The notes beneath the pieces are model-generated. The model did no database searches. It was not told the DNA's origin and worked only from the letters and a program-made list of their open reading frames with translations. From the NCBI GenBank assembly GCA_963811315.1, contig CAWERH010000039.1:4501-68500 (forward strand): 64,000 nucleotides of DNA, read 5' to 3'. This document shows positions 30,872 through 41,858 of the stretch, in pieces; positions within the stretch are counted from its first letter, which is position 1, and each line of letters starts with the position of its first letter. The position numbers were made by a program, and so were the translations under genes. This stretch comes from an uncultured delta proteobacterium. Its GTDB lineage: Bacteria; Desulfobacterota; Binatia; UBA9968.

Positions 30872-30925
30872 GGAAAGGACTCGGTTGGAGTATTGGAGTA
30901 ATGGAGTATTGGAGTGATGGAAGGG
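30872..30925. repeat. 8-mer tandem array (TTGGAGTA/ATGGAGTA x5); an inverted copy of the same array is at 38182-38232
   Basis: ggttggagtattggagtaatggagtattggagtgatggaag. Confidence 0.45.
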
Positions 30926-30965
30926 AGCAGGTGCTCGATGACGGCATACCGAACTAGATGATTCC

Positions 30966-31990
30966 ATGACCCAACTCCGATTTCGTGCTGTCGCTTCGTT
31001 GGTTGCCATTCTCGTTTCGCTGCACGCCGACTTGGATTGTCATGCCGCCAGCGATGCCGGAAAGTTGGAGAAAACCGAGATCGTGCTCGCCTATCCGCAG
31101 CCCAGCGGCGTCTTTACGCCGATCTTCGTCGCCGGCGAAGCGGGGCTGTTCAAGAAGTACGGTCTCAATGTGAAGCTGCAGCAGCTCAATCCGCAGTCGT
31201 CGGTGCAAGCCGTGGTTTCGGGATCGGCGGATATGTCGGTGGCGGCGGGCGATCTGGTGAACGCTTCGCTGCAGGGCGCCAAAATCAAATTGGTCGGCAG
31301 CTCCATGTCACAGCTCGTGTTTCAGCTTTGGGCGGCCAAGGAAATCACCGGCGTAGCCCAGCTCAAGGGCAAAACTCTCGCCGGCACGACGCCGCGTTCG
31401 GTGCTTGAAATCGCCACCCGCGAAGCGCTCAAGCGGCAAGGACTCGCCTTCGGCACAGACTATCAATTGATCTACGTGCAAAGCGTGCCGGCGATTCTCA
31501 CCGCAATTACCAGCGGTCGAGCGGCGGCCGGCGCTATGTCGGCGCCGATCACCGGCAAAGCGAAGGAAGCCGGCCTCAATATGCTCGTCGACATCGCCAA
31601 GGCGAATGTTCCGGGGTTGCAGCTCGCGTACGGCTTCAGCGAAAAGTTTATCAAAGAAAATCCCAACACGATCTTCGGCGATTCTGAAAGGCGTCGCGGA
31701 GGGCGTGGCGCGAACCAAAAACGATCCGGCCGCGGCCAAGCGCGCGATCGCGAAATATACCCAAACCGAAGACATCCCGGATCGTCGACGACACCTATGA
31801 TTTTTATGCGCCGTACTTCGTCACCAGTCTCGCGCTCAAGCCCGAGCAGCTGACGACTTGGTTCGGCTATCTCGACGAGAAAGAATATCCGCAAGTAAGC
31901 AAGGCGAGCGCCAAAGATTTCTACGACAATTCCTTTGTCGAGGCGCTCGAGAAATCCGGTTTCTTTCAAAAGCTCGCGCAATCCAAAGTA
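30966..31990 (+). CDS. NMT1/SsuA-like periplasmic substrate-binding protein; three frameshifts (near 31680, 31785 and 31985). In one frame there is no stop before the next gene
   Basis: MTQLRFRAVASLVAILVSLHA...NPNTIF | AILKGVAEGVARTKNDPAAAKRAIAKYTQTEDIPD | DDTYDFYAPYF..EALEKSGFFQKLAQSK. The likely stop is TAG 31988-31990 after an A-run correction. Confidence 0.6.
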
Positions 31991-32020
31991 GAAGATATTT
32001 GCGAACCTCTCGGGGGATCC

Positions 32021-33006
32021 ATGTCGAAATTCTTGATCTGTGCCGTTACGATTATCTGTCTGTTGATGGGTGCGAAGATAAGCCGCGCTCAAGAGCGCGT
32101 GCGGGTCGGCTGGGCGGCGATGACCGCGTCGCACACACCGCTGTGGGTGGCGCAAGACAGAGGCTTCTTGGCTAAACAAGGGTTGGCCGTAGAGTCGATT
32201 TTTTTTGGCGCCGGTCCGCCGGCCATGCAGGCGCTGGTGGCGGGCGATCTCGATATCGTCGTTACGTCCGCGCCTAACGTCGTCAATCCGCGTCTCGGCG
32301 GCGTTGATGCGGTGATGATCCTGTCGATCATCCCGACTTTTATCGACCATATCGTCAGCGCGGCGAACATCACGACCACCGAGCAGTTGCGCGGCAAGAT
32401 CGGTTCGGTCAATCGTTTCGGCAGCATCTCGGAGATGGGGTTGCGGCTGTCGTTGCGGCGACTGGGCATCGATCCGGAAAAGGACGTGACGATCGTGCCC
32501 GCGGGCGGGAATCCCGAGCGGCTCGCGTCCATTTCCCGAGGGATTTCTCAGTTTACGATCATGAGTGAACCGTTTGTCAGAGAGGCCGAAAAGCTTGGGC
32601 TGCGCAATCTGGTCAGCATGGCCAATTTGAAAATCCCGCTCCATGGCAACGGTGTGGTGACGCGGGAGGCGATCATCAAGAACAAAAGGCCGATGGTCGC
32701 AAAATTTGTCCGCGGCATCACCGAAGCTATTTACTTTATCAAGAACGATAAGGAAGCGACCAAGGCAATTATCGGCAAGTATACTCGATTCACCGACCCC
32801 GAAGGCCTGGAGCGCACTTATAGAAATCACGTGGCGGTTTTGTTGGACGTGCCGTACGCCGATCCGGTGGGCATCAAGACTCTGCTGGATGATATGGCTC
32901 CGCGAAATCCCAAAGCCGCGGCAGCCGATCCGAAGGCATTTGTCGACGCCAGCTTCGTTCAGGAGATGGAAACTCAGGGTTCATCAAGCAACTGCAGAAA
33001 CGGTAG
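32021..33006 (+). CDS. NMT1/SsuA-like periplasmic substrate-binding protein; C-terminal frameshift near 32978
   Basis: MSKFLICAVTIICLLMGAKISRAQERVRVGW.. SD GGGGGA lies 6 nt upstream. The expected end ..ETQGFIKQLQKR* is recovered after a T-run correction. Confidence 0.8.
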
Positions 33007-33121
33007 GAAGGCATAGGCATCAGGCAATAGGCAACAGTGGATAAAGGCAAAAGTAAAAAGGTGAAATAAGAGACGAAATTCTAAAGCGGCAATAAACGTT
33101 CTTAGCCACGGAGGTCGCGAT

Positions 33122-34120
33122 ATGATCGCGCGAGTCGTTCGTCGATGCTGTTCGTTAGTGATCGCTTTTTTGTGTATCAGCTACCCCGCGTTGCCCGCCG
33201 AGAAACTTGTCGGCCTTCAATCCGCTCCCAGCATCGCCATGGCCGTGCCATGGTTCGCCGAGGTAGCGCGGCTTTATCCGAAATACGATCTCGACTTTCA
33301 ACTGGTTTATATCGCCTCGTCGGGCATCGTCACTGCCGCGATGAGCGGCGGCAATGGCAGTGTGGCGATCGTCGGCGGCGAAGGACCGATCCGCGCGTTC
33401 CTGAGCGGCAATACCGATTTCGTTTTCATCGGTTCGGTGAAGAACGTTCTTACTCACAGCATCATGGGCAAGGGCGACATCAGGCGTCCCGAGGATTTAA
33501 GAGGCAAGCGCATCGGCGTCGGTCGCATCGGCGGCAACTCGCACTATTTCACCCAATTGGCGATGCGCCAAAAGGGCCTCGATCCGCTCAAGGATGCCAA
33601 CTTGATTCAAACCGGCGGCGCGCCGGAAACTTTTTTGGCGCTTGCGACGGGCGCCGTCGACGCGGCTTCGATAACGACGCCGCAGGACACGCGCGCGGCT
33701 TTCCAGGGCTTCAACTACGTCATCGACGGCCGTGAGATCAAGCCGCCGTACGTCGCCACCGGGTTCGTTACGCTGCGCTCGGTTATCGCGAAACGGCCGA
33801 AAGTGATCAGCCAGTTCATGCACATGATGGCGGAGTCGCTAAAAATCATGGTGACGGATCGCGAGTTGGCGTTTCGACTGATGGCCAAAAAAATCGGCCT
33901 CACCGACCGAAAAGTTTTCGACGCCGCCTACACAGCCGAATTGAAAGTGCTGGAGCCGCGCCTGGACATCAAACCCATTGCGATCCAGGCAACCCTCGAC
34001 GAGATCGCCAAGACTGACCCCCGCGCCAAGCAAGTAAAAGCCGAGCAGTTGATCGACCGGCGCTTTCTCGAAGAGATGGAGAAGGACGGGACGTTTGATC
34101 GGCTGGGAATGGCGCGCTGA
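33122..34120 (+). CDS. NMT1/SsuA-like periplasmic substrate-binding protein
   Basis: 332 aa, intact: ..LRGKRIGVGRIGGNSHYF...RFLEEMEKDGTFDRLGMAR*. Confidence 0.85.
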   Translation: MIARVVRRCCSLVIAFLCISYPALPAEKLVGLQSAPSIAMAVPWFAEVARLYPKYDLDFQLVYIASSGIVTAAMSGGNGSVAIVGGEGPIRAFLSGNTDFVFIGSVKNVLTHSIMGKGDIRRPEDLRGKRIGVGRIGGNSHYFTQLAMRQKGLDPLKDANLIQTGGAPETFLALATGAVDAASITTPQDTRAAFQGFNYVIDGREIKPPYVATGFVTLRSVIAKRPKVISQFMHMMAESLKIMVTDRELAFRLMAKKIGLTDRKVFDAAYTAELKVLEPRLDIKPIAIQATLDEIAKTDPRAKQVKAEQLIDRRFLEEMEKDGTFDRLGMAR

Positions 34121-34192
34121 CGCGCGGCAAGGGCGTTCAAGCTTCAAAGTTTGGGAACGGAATTACCTTGCACCTGAAGTTGTCTCAACCCA

Positions 34193-35246
34193 TCACCGAC
34201 GCATGAATTCTGAAACAGTCTTCTGCCACTTGGCCATCGCCTGATCGTATTGAGAAGTTGTCAAACCCTCTTCCGGATACCAGCGTTTAAACCCGTAATC
34301 CTTTAAAGGGCTGCCGTGTTTGAAAGTCTCGATGAGCATTTTCTGTCCTTCGGGACTGAGAAGAAAATCGACCAATAACAGTGCACCATGAGGACGTTGG
34401 GCGTGAGAAAAAACAGCCGCACCGCCGGAGATCGCGGGCACGAGATCCATCGGAACCCATGCGACGGGCGCGCCTTTGTCGACTGCATGACCAATGTTGC
34501 TATGAATAGCCGTAAACGATATCGGCACCTCTCCGGATACCATTAATTCATTGAAGCCGGGACCACTAACCCCATGGACCGTAATGTCCTGTTCCTTTAA
34601 TTTTTTCACGAAACCTTCACCTTTTGCTTTGATTATGCCGCCGATAAGTCGAGCGGCGACATCGTCGTTGCTGATCGACATTTTTCCCTTCAGGGCCGGC
34701 TTTAACAGATCGTCGAAGCTCTTAGGGATGTCGGCTGAGGGCAGAGCATTCTTGTTGTAGCCCACGCCGATATAGGACTCCCGGTCAGTCGTCCAAAAAA
34801 CCAACCCGCGCGGGGCCTTTTGTTTGGCGGCGTCGGGGTATTCGGACAAATACGGCGAGGTGTATGGTAAGAGCAGTTGGCTGTCCCGTAACACCATTAG
34901 TCCGGGAGGCGAAGTTTCAATTACATCTCCGAGATAACGTTTCGAACTCGCTTCGGCCAAGACCCGGGTCGCCAGTTGGGTGCCGCTCGCTCGATAGGTC
35001 TCGATGGTTACACCGGGATATTTGGATTCAAATATTTTAACGATTTCCTTGTTCGCAATCAGAGAGGTGTACCATAAGAGCTTGCCTTCTTGCTTCGCTC
35101 CTTCATAGAGCAACCGCCCGCGGTCGGAGCCCTGTATATTTGGCCAAATCAGCTAGAGTCGTCGGCTTGGCGCTTTGACCCCAAGCGCTTCCTGGAAGAC
35201 TTGAAAGAAAAAAAATGGCGGCGAACAAGATTTGTCGGCCAGACAT
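34193..35246 (-). CDS. extracellular solute-binding protein family 1 (Fe3+-type); frameshift at the C3/G3 run near 35130
   Basis: The signal-peptide ORF 35103-35354 (MSGRQILFAAIFFLSSLPGSAWG..ADLAKYTG) joins ORF 34193-35113 (LYEGAKQEGKLLWYTSL..). SD GGAGG lies 7 nt before ATG 35244-35246. Confidence 0.75.
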
Positions 35247-35442
35247 CTGAATTCCTCCGGGTAGCACTTTGTAGTTTACGGTTCTTAGCTGCAGTGAACG
35301 GACAAAGTCAATGTAAGAAAACAACGACGGCGTTGGGATACGTTTGCTTAGCACGCATCTCTAAGGTTGACGTAAGATCCGGTTGTTGGATATCGTCTGA
35401 TCACGACCAGCGATATCGTTACCCGTCGGAGAACGTGACACG

Positions 35443-36451
35443 ATGATGCGTTTTGCTTTGGCTCTATGGATCGCCGCCTTTGTTGCCTTTGGTTTTTCTT
35501 CAGAATCGAGCGCAGCAACGAGAGAAGATCTCATTGAAGCGGCAAAAAAAGAACGTGAAGTGGTTTTTTACACCACGACGAATTTAGAAGAAGCCGCCGC
35601 GATGAGCGCGTCGCTTCAAGGCGAAATATCCGTTCCTCGACGTCAACATCAACCGGGCAGAAGGCGAAAGGATCGTCACCAAAGTCCTGCAGGAGGCGCG
35701 CGCCAAGAAATCCCTTGTGGACGTAATGCAAACGCCGGCATTTTATCTCCATGCGCTAAAAACAAGGGGGATTTTAGGCGAATACTCCTCGCCAGAGGAC
35801 CGTTTTTACCCGCGGAACTTTAAAGAAGAGAAATCCTGGACCACGACCTACTACAATCCGTACGTGGTTCTCTACAACACCAAGCTCGTCTCCGCTCAAA
35901 ACCTGCCGAAGCGGTACGAAGATCTGCTGAATCCTTTCTGGAAAAATAAAATGATCTTGGAAAAGGACAAGATCGATTGGTTCACGGCGATGCTGCAGAT
36001 TATGGGAAGAGAAAAGGGCGTTAGATACATGAGAGACCTGTCCCGGCAGAATCCGATGTTGCGGATCGGGCAGACCCTCATAACCCAATTGGTTGCCGCC
36101 GGTGAAATAGCGCTGCAGATCAACGCCAACGCCGTGAGCGTTAACCGGCTAAAGCAAAGAGGCGCTCCGATCGATTGGGTTGCGCTGGGACCTCTGCCGG
36201 GCCTGATGGTCGGAGTGGGTCTCATGTCTCAAGCGCCGCACCCTGCCGCAGCGAGACTGTTTGTCGACTTCTTGCTGTCCAAAGAGGGGCAACAGCTTTA
36301 TCAAAGCGCCGGGCGACTGGTCGCGAGATCCGATTTGCCCCAGGATGAGAGCATGAAAGTTAGAGGAGCCCAGATTGTGCCCGTCGACCCTGCCTGGGCC
36401 GAAAACTTCGACGAAGACTCGAAGCTAATGAAAGAGATTTTTTCCAACTGA
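35443..36451 (+). CDS. extracellular solute-binding protein family 1 (Fe3+-type); frameshift near 35600
   Basis: MMRFALALWIAAFVAFGFSSESSAATREDLIEAAKKEREVVFYTTTN..SASL | KAKYPFLDVNINRAEGER...LPKRYEDLLNPFWKNKM... Confidence 0.75.
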
Positions 36452-36469
36452 GAATCGAACGCGAGCATA

Positions 36470-36522
36470 TTGTCATCCCGAGCGAAAGTGCGGATCTAGA
36501 TTTCTCGCTGCGGTCGAAATGA
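36470..36522. repeat. MITE/REP-like hairpin (short copy)
   Basis: gtcatcccgagcgaaagtgcggatctagatttctcgctgcggtcgaaatgac. Confidence 0.45.
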
Positions 36523-36577
36523 CGACAGAGCACATGTTTCGGGTACGCCAAGGACTAAAGCATAGAATGAGGTAAAC

Positions 36578-37761
36578 ATGCCGGAGCAATCGATCAAAGA
36601 CAAAACCGCGATCGTCGGGATCGGATGGACCGCGTTCTCGCGTAAATCCGGAGTCACGACCTTAAGCCTCGCTGCCGAGGCAAGCCTCAAGGCGATCGCC
36701 GATGCCGGGCTGCAAGTCCAGGACATCGATGGAGTGGTTTCGTTTTACCACCGGCAGCCGGAAGGCCAGATGGTACGGGAATTGGTCCGCGCGCTCGGTC
36801 TAAAGAAATGCAACTTCGAATTCTACAGCGACGGCGGCGGCGGTTGGAACTGCGGCGCGGTGCTCTCCGGCGCGATGCTCGTGCACTCGGGGATCTGCAA
36901 GAACGTCCTGGTTTTCAAAGCGCGCAATCGTTATAGCCAAGGACGCGCCGCGCGGGCGGAGCGGGCCAACGACGTCAAGGGCGACGCGCAGTTCACCACG
37001 CCTTTCGGCATCCACCATGCCGCCGCTTCTTTCGGTCCCATCGCGACGGCGCACATGGCGCGCTACGGCACCACGACGCTGGACTTTGCCCATCTCGCCG
37101 TCACCGAGCGCAGCCACGCCGCCCTCAACCAAAAGGCGATGATGCGCAAGCCGATCACCATCGACGACCACCAGAACTCGCGCTGGATCATCTATCCTTT
37201 TCGATTGCTCGATTGCTGCCAGGAGAGCGACGGCGGCGTCGCCATGGTGATCACCTCGGCGGAACGGGCGCGCGATCTGAAACAGGCGCCGGTCTATATC
37301 ATGTCGGGCATGGGCGGCCAGGGTCAGACGGCGGGTCTTTGGGAAACCAACGGCGCCAACTCCGCTCCGCTTCTTTATGAAGGGGCGGGCATCACGCCGA
37401 AGGATGTCAGCATTGCCGAGATTTACGATCCGTTTACATTCATGTGCATGACGCACATCGAAGACTTCGGTCTGGTCAAGAAGGGCGAGATCGGCGGATG
37501 GGTCACGGCGGGCCACAATCGCCTCGACGGCGACTCTGCCGGTGAACACTCACGGCGGCCTGCATGTCCGAGGCGCACATTCACGGGCTCAATCACGTGA
37601 TCGAGGCGGTCCAGCAACTGCGCCCCGAAGGCGTGGTCGATGATCTTTGCGACGGCGCGCATACCTATGACCGCTCCACTTGCCGCCAGGTGCGAAACCC
37701 AGAGATCGCGCTGGTATGCGGCGAGTGCGGCGAGAGCGCCATGCTCCTGAGGAGGGCGTAA
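36578..37761 (+). CDS. thiolase-like protein, SCP-x/nonspecific lipid-transfer-protein type (BbsB-like); two frameshifts at 37530-37570
   Basis: MPEQSIKDKTAIVGIGWTAFSRKSG..DCCQESDGGVAMVITSAERA.. then LPVNTHGGLH and SEAHIHGLNHVIEAVQQLR..ALVCGECGESAMLL in the two other frames. Confidence 0.75.
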
Positions 37762-37763
37762 CG

Positions 37764-38181
37764 ATGGCAGACTATACCAAGCCGCTACCGATACCGGATC
37801 TTGATTCACAGCCATTCTGGGACCGATGCAAAGCGCACGAGCTTTCGGCACAGCGCTGCGACGATTGTGGAAAATTCCGCTGGCCGCCCCAAGCTTTCTG
37901 CCCGCATTGCTATTCTTGGAAATTCGCACTGGACGAAGCTCGGCGAAACCGGCACCGTGTATTCTTTCGTGGTCGTGCATTACGTGTCGATTCCTGCTTT
38001 TGAGGGCGACGTGCCGTACGTCGTAGCGCACATCACCCTCGACGGCACCGAGGATCAGATAACGATGATCAGCAACGTGATCCAATGCCCGTGGCAGGAA
38101 GTGCGGATCGGGATGCCCGTGCGGGTGGTCTTCGAAGATGTCACACCGGAAGTGACTCTGCCGAAGTTTCGCCCGCTCTGA
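37764..38181 (+). CDS. DUF35 Zn-ribbon/OB-fold protein (thiolase partner, BbsA-like); frameshift near 37905
   Basis: MADYTKPLP..FWDRCKAHELSAQRCDDCGKFRWPPQAFCPHCYSW | SHWTKLGETGTVYSFVVVHY.. The ATG is 2 nt after the thiolase stop. SD GGAGG is present. Confidence 0.7.
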
Positions 38182-38232
38182 AGAATGTGAACTCCAACAA
38201 TCCAATACTCCATCACTCCAATACTCCAGCTG
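38182..38232. repeat. inverted copy of the TGGAGTA 8-mer tandem array
   Basis: ctccaacaatccaatactccatcactccaatactccag is the reverse complement of the array at 30872-30925. Confidence 0.45.
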
Positions 38233-38252
38233 CTTTCTAGGAGGTATCAACC

Positions 38253-39415
38253 ATGCCCGGCGCTCTCCAAGACTTACGTGTGATCGACTTTACCCACGCC
38301 CTCGCCGGACCTTTCTGCGTGATGTTGCTTGGCCATCTGGGCGCCGACATTATCAAGGTCGAGCCGCCCAACGGCGATGAGTTTCGCCGGTTATGGATGC
38401 AGCCCGGCGCCACCACCGATGCCTACGAGTCCTTATGGATAAACGTCAACAAGAAAAGCATCGTGCTCAATCTAAAGACCCAAAAGGGAGTCGAGCTGGC
38501 GCGCCGGCTCATTGCCCGCGCCGACGTGCTCGTCGAGAACTACCAAAAAGGCGTGATGGAGCGATTCGGTCTGGACTACGACTCAGTCAAGGCTCTCAAC
38601 CCGCGGCTGATCTACGCCTGCTCGCGCGGTTACGGCGAGTGGGGACCGTATGCCAACTACGGCAATACCGCGGCGAGCAACAACAGCATCGCCGGATGGC
38701 TCCATAGCGCATGGAAAAACAACGGCGCGCCGGGGACCAAGACGCTTGGGCATCGGCGACGAAGCCGCCGGCGTGAGCATCGCGCTCGGCATCCTCGCGG
38801 CTCTGCACGCGCGCGAGCGCACCGGCGAGGGCCAGAAGGTCGAGGTTTCGATGCAAGAAGCCGTCCTTGGTTTCATGACCAGCTCGATGCACGAGCATTT
38901 CACAGGCAATCGCGTCGGCAATCGGCCCGATGAAAGTGGCCGACGGCTATTTCACCTTGCGTGTGCCGGACATGAGTGATGCGGTTTGGGCGCAGGCAGC
39001 AAAGGTCATCGGCGGAAACGAGCTACTTCAAGATCCCCGTTTTGCAACGGCGAGCGCGCGCCGCCAGCACCGCGCCGAACTGGAGGAGATCGTCAAAGAC
39101 TGGGCAAGCGGGAAAACTCGTCAGGAAATTTGGGACGGGCTGCGCGAGCTCGATTACTTCGGCGCGCCTGTGCTGTCCATTGGCGAAGTAATGGAAGATC
39201 AGCACATCAAAGAGCGGCGCGCGTTCATTGAACGCGATCACCCGACCGCGGGGCCGACTACATTGCTTGCTCCCTGGATTCACCTCTCTAAAACTCCCAC
39301 TAGCATCCATCATGATGCGCCCGCCATCGGCCAGCACACCGACGAAGTGCTCGGCGCGCTTGGCTTGACCACGGCGGATTTGGCCGACCTGCGGGCGCAG
39401 GGTGTTATTAAGTAG
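38253..39415 (+). CDS. CoA-transferase family III (third copy); two frameshifts (near 38745 and 38935)
   Basis: MPGALQDLRVIDFTHALAGPFCVMLLGHLGADIIKVEPPNGDE.. | ..GIGDEAAGVSIALGILAALHARERTGEGQKVEVSMQE.. | ..DYFGAPVLSIGEVMEDQHIKERRAF.. Confidence 0.7.
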
Positions 39416-39429
39416 CGCCGAGAGCGTCG

Positions 39430-39515
39430 CCGCCGAGCCACTCGATCGGCGCTTTCTCGAAGAGAGAGAAACGATGGGAGTTTGAGCGGCTGGGAATGGC
39501 GCACTGACGCGCGGT
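39430..39515 (+). pseudogene. non-coding remnant: duplicated 3' end of an NMT1-like SBP gene plus its downstream repeat
   Basis: ctcgatcggcgctttctcgaagaga...gagcggctgggaatggcgcactgacgcgcgg matches the last ~25 codons and stop of 33122-34120 (gatcgaccggcgctttctcgaagagatgg...gatcggctgggaatggcgcgctgacgcgcgg). Confidence 0.5.
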
Positions 39516-39590
39516 CGGTGCTTCAAAGTTCAAGGGTTCAATTTGAGGCGCGGGCACCTTGAACTTTTGAACATTGAACCTTGAACGGTT
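39516..39590. repeat. GTTCAAGG-type tandem units in inverted arrangement around CGCGGG (hairpin between convergent genes)
   Basis: caaagttcaagggttcaatttgaggcgcgggcaccttgaacttttgaacattgaaccttgaacgg. Confidence 0.4.
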
Positions 39591-39599
39591 TGCTCTGCT

Positions 39600-40611
39600 T
39601 TATTGCAGCTCCAACCCCACCACCTTCGCGGGGTTTTTCGTGCATACCGTATAGAGCTCTTCCTGATTTAATCCGAACGCTTCCATATAGCCGCGCACCA
39701 AACGCATCGCTTCCACTGAGTCGGGGAACAGTGGTTCGCCGGCGTCGCTGGAGAGCGTGAAGTGTTCCGGGCCGACTTCGCGGATGGTGTTGTACATGAT
39801 CTGCGGGATCGACGCCGAGGAGCGGTGAAAGTTCGTCCCAGGTGAAGTTAAAGAGAATTCCGACCGGGGCAAGTTCCTTCATCATCTCGGGCGAGACATT
39901 CAAGAACGGACTGAAGGGATGGTCGATGACGGCGCGCTTTAAACCGGCTTTGTCGACTTCTTCGGCGAGCTTGTAAATCTCCGCATGGGTCGCATGACCG
40001 AAAAAGAGCGCGACGTTTCGGTCGGCGCAGAGATGGACGATGTCGCGAATCTCGGGCTTTAACTTGCCGTTTTCATCGAGATCGTAGTGGCCAATCTGCA
40101 TGGCTTCATCCCATGGAAGAGGCCCGGTCCAACCTGGAGTGTTGCGGCTCTCGACGAAACGGCCGTAGGTGCCGACGGTGCTCATGGTGATCACGTGGGT
40201 GAACACCGGCAGCCAGACCGCGGTGATGCCGCGATCGATCATGGCGCTGACCGTCTTCGCCGAGACCGGCGCCATCTGCCGGCCGCAGACATAGCTCGAC
40301 CAGCAGGTGATCGGTGCAACGCCTTCCTTTTCCGCCCAGCGATTGACGTCGTCCTGTACGTCTTGGGTGGCTTTTACCGGATCGTCACCGGGGATGCTCT
40401 TGAAAAGCAGCCCTTTCATTTCGGCCAGCGCAGCGCGCCGCGCCAAGTCGAAAGGATCTTGCTGGCCCTCATGGGTGTGGCAGTGGATATCGATGGCGTC
40501 TTTGACTTTGATATGCGGCGGATGCACTACGCCCGGTTTGTATTGGGTGCGCGCGGCATAAGAAGTCACGCAACGTTCGTGGGTCGGGGTGGAAACTTTT
40601 TGAGTGGGCAT
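39600..40611 (-). CDS. amidohydrolase-related TIM-barrel metal-dependent hydrolase; frameshift near 39850-39880
   Basis: ATG 40609-40611 after SD AAGGAGGG: MPTQKVSTPTHERCV..VKDAIDIHCHTHEG..ILFNFTWDELSPLLGV | ..SSDAGEPLFPDSVEAMRLVRGYMEAFGLNQEELYTVCTKNPAKVVGLELQ*. Paralog of 1-363 and 60132-60963. Confidence 0.7.
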
Positions 40612-40841
40612 CGGATCGCCCTCCTTTGGGTTGCTGTTCGCGATGTTGCTACAGATCAGGTGGAAAAGGCAATAGGGAATATTGGATGGCGAGCGTTCAA
40701 GCCGTTCAAAAAGCCTAACTGTGAGATTCGGAGCGAAAGCGCGACGAAAATTGTACTTGGTTTTTGCCCTGGAGTCATTGTAAGAACGAGCGAACTGTTT
40801 GACTCTCGTTGAAACTTTCTTTGTGCCCAGGGGGGGCCGTC

Positions 40842-41858
40842 GTGAAAGCGAAACGCTTCTATCCGACTTTGCGGGCATCGTGTCTATTTCTCGCGGCGAT
40901 GCTGTTGGTCCTGCCTGAGACGAGATCTCTTGCGGCGGACAAGGTCAATATGATCTACACCGCGCGCGTGATGTCGCAGGCCTATCCCTGGTTCGCTCAG
41001 GAGGCGGGACTTTTCAAGAAATATGATCTGGACGTTCCGCTGGTTTTCGTCACGCCGGGCGCTCCGTCGGTGGCGGCGATCTTATCGGGCGACAGCGAGA
41101 TCGCCATCATTGGCGCGGCGAGCATCACCCGGCCGTTTGTGCAGGGAAACAAGGATCCGGTCTTGATCGGCGGCATCAAGAGTTTGCTGACTCACAGCAT
41201 CATCGCCAAGCCGGACATCAAACGCCCCGAGCAACTCAAGGGTAAACGCATCGGCGTCTCGCGCATCGGCAGCAATCCGCATTATTTCGCGGTGCAGGCG
41301 CTGCGCCACTTTGGCATCGAATCGCGCGAGGTCAGCTACATTCAGGCCGGCGGCGCGCCGGAGACACTCGCCGCGCTGGTGGCCCAAGGAATCGATGCGG
41401 CGGTGTTGACCGTGCCGACGGACGCGCAAGCGCTCAAGCTCGGTTATCACTATGTTGTCTATGGTCCGGACCTTGGAATCGCCTACGCCGCGACGACGAT
41501 CACGACGCGCCGCTCGATCATCGCCAAGCGCGGCCCGGTCATCGGCCGCGTGATGCGCGCCCTGGCGGAGGCCGCGAAGATCATGCACACGGACAGAGAA
41601 TATATGTACAAGGTCATGGCAAAGTATCTCCGCGTCGACGACCGCAAACTTTTGGAAGCGAGTTTCAACGTGGAAAGCAAAGCGCTGGAGCCGAGACTGG
41701 CAATAAAACTGGAAGGCATCCAATCGACGCTCGACGAGATCGCGCCGACCGAGCCACGCGCCAAGGCAGTAAAGCCGCAAGAGATGATCGACACACGCTA
41801 TCTCGACGAAATGGAAAAAAGCGGATTCATGGAACAGCTTTGGAGCGGAAAGAAGTGA
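40842..41858 (+). CDS. NMT1/SsuA-like periplasmic substrate-binding protein
   Basis: GTG 40842 after the G7 SD run: VKAKRFYPTLRASCLFLAAMLLVLPETRSLAADKVNMIYTA.. Intact. The minus-strand ORF 41082-42008 is antisense. Confidence 0.8.
   Translation: MKAKRFYPTLRASCLFLAAMLLVLPETRSLAADKVNMIYTARVMSQAYPWFAQEAGLFKKYDLDVPLVFVTPGAPSVAAILSGDSEIAIIGAASITRPFVQGNKDPVLIGGIKSLLTHSIIAKPDIKRPEQLKGKRIGVSRIGSNPHYFAVQALRHFGIESREVSYIQAGGAPETLAALVAQGIDAAVLTVPTDAQALKLGYHYVVYGPDLGIAYAATTITTRRSIIAKRGPVIGRVMRALAEAAKIMHTDREYMYKVMAKYLRVDDRKLLEASFNVESKALEPRLAIKLEGIQSTLDEIAPTEPRAKAVKPQEMIDTRYLDEMEKSGFMEQLWSGKK

Noticed and set aside
31472-32830. 452-aa minus-strand ORF, the longest in the track
   Set aside because: It runs antisense across two well-supported SBP genes and an intergenic region. 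It is Arg/Pro-rich with no motifs. Other antisense ORFs rejected on the same grounds are 19891-21120, 22324-23160, 23762-24385, 26973-27779, 27978-28967, 41082-42008, 47690-48550, 51727-52536 and 57936-58937.
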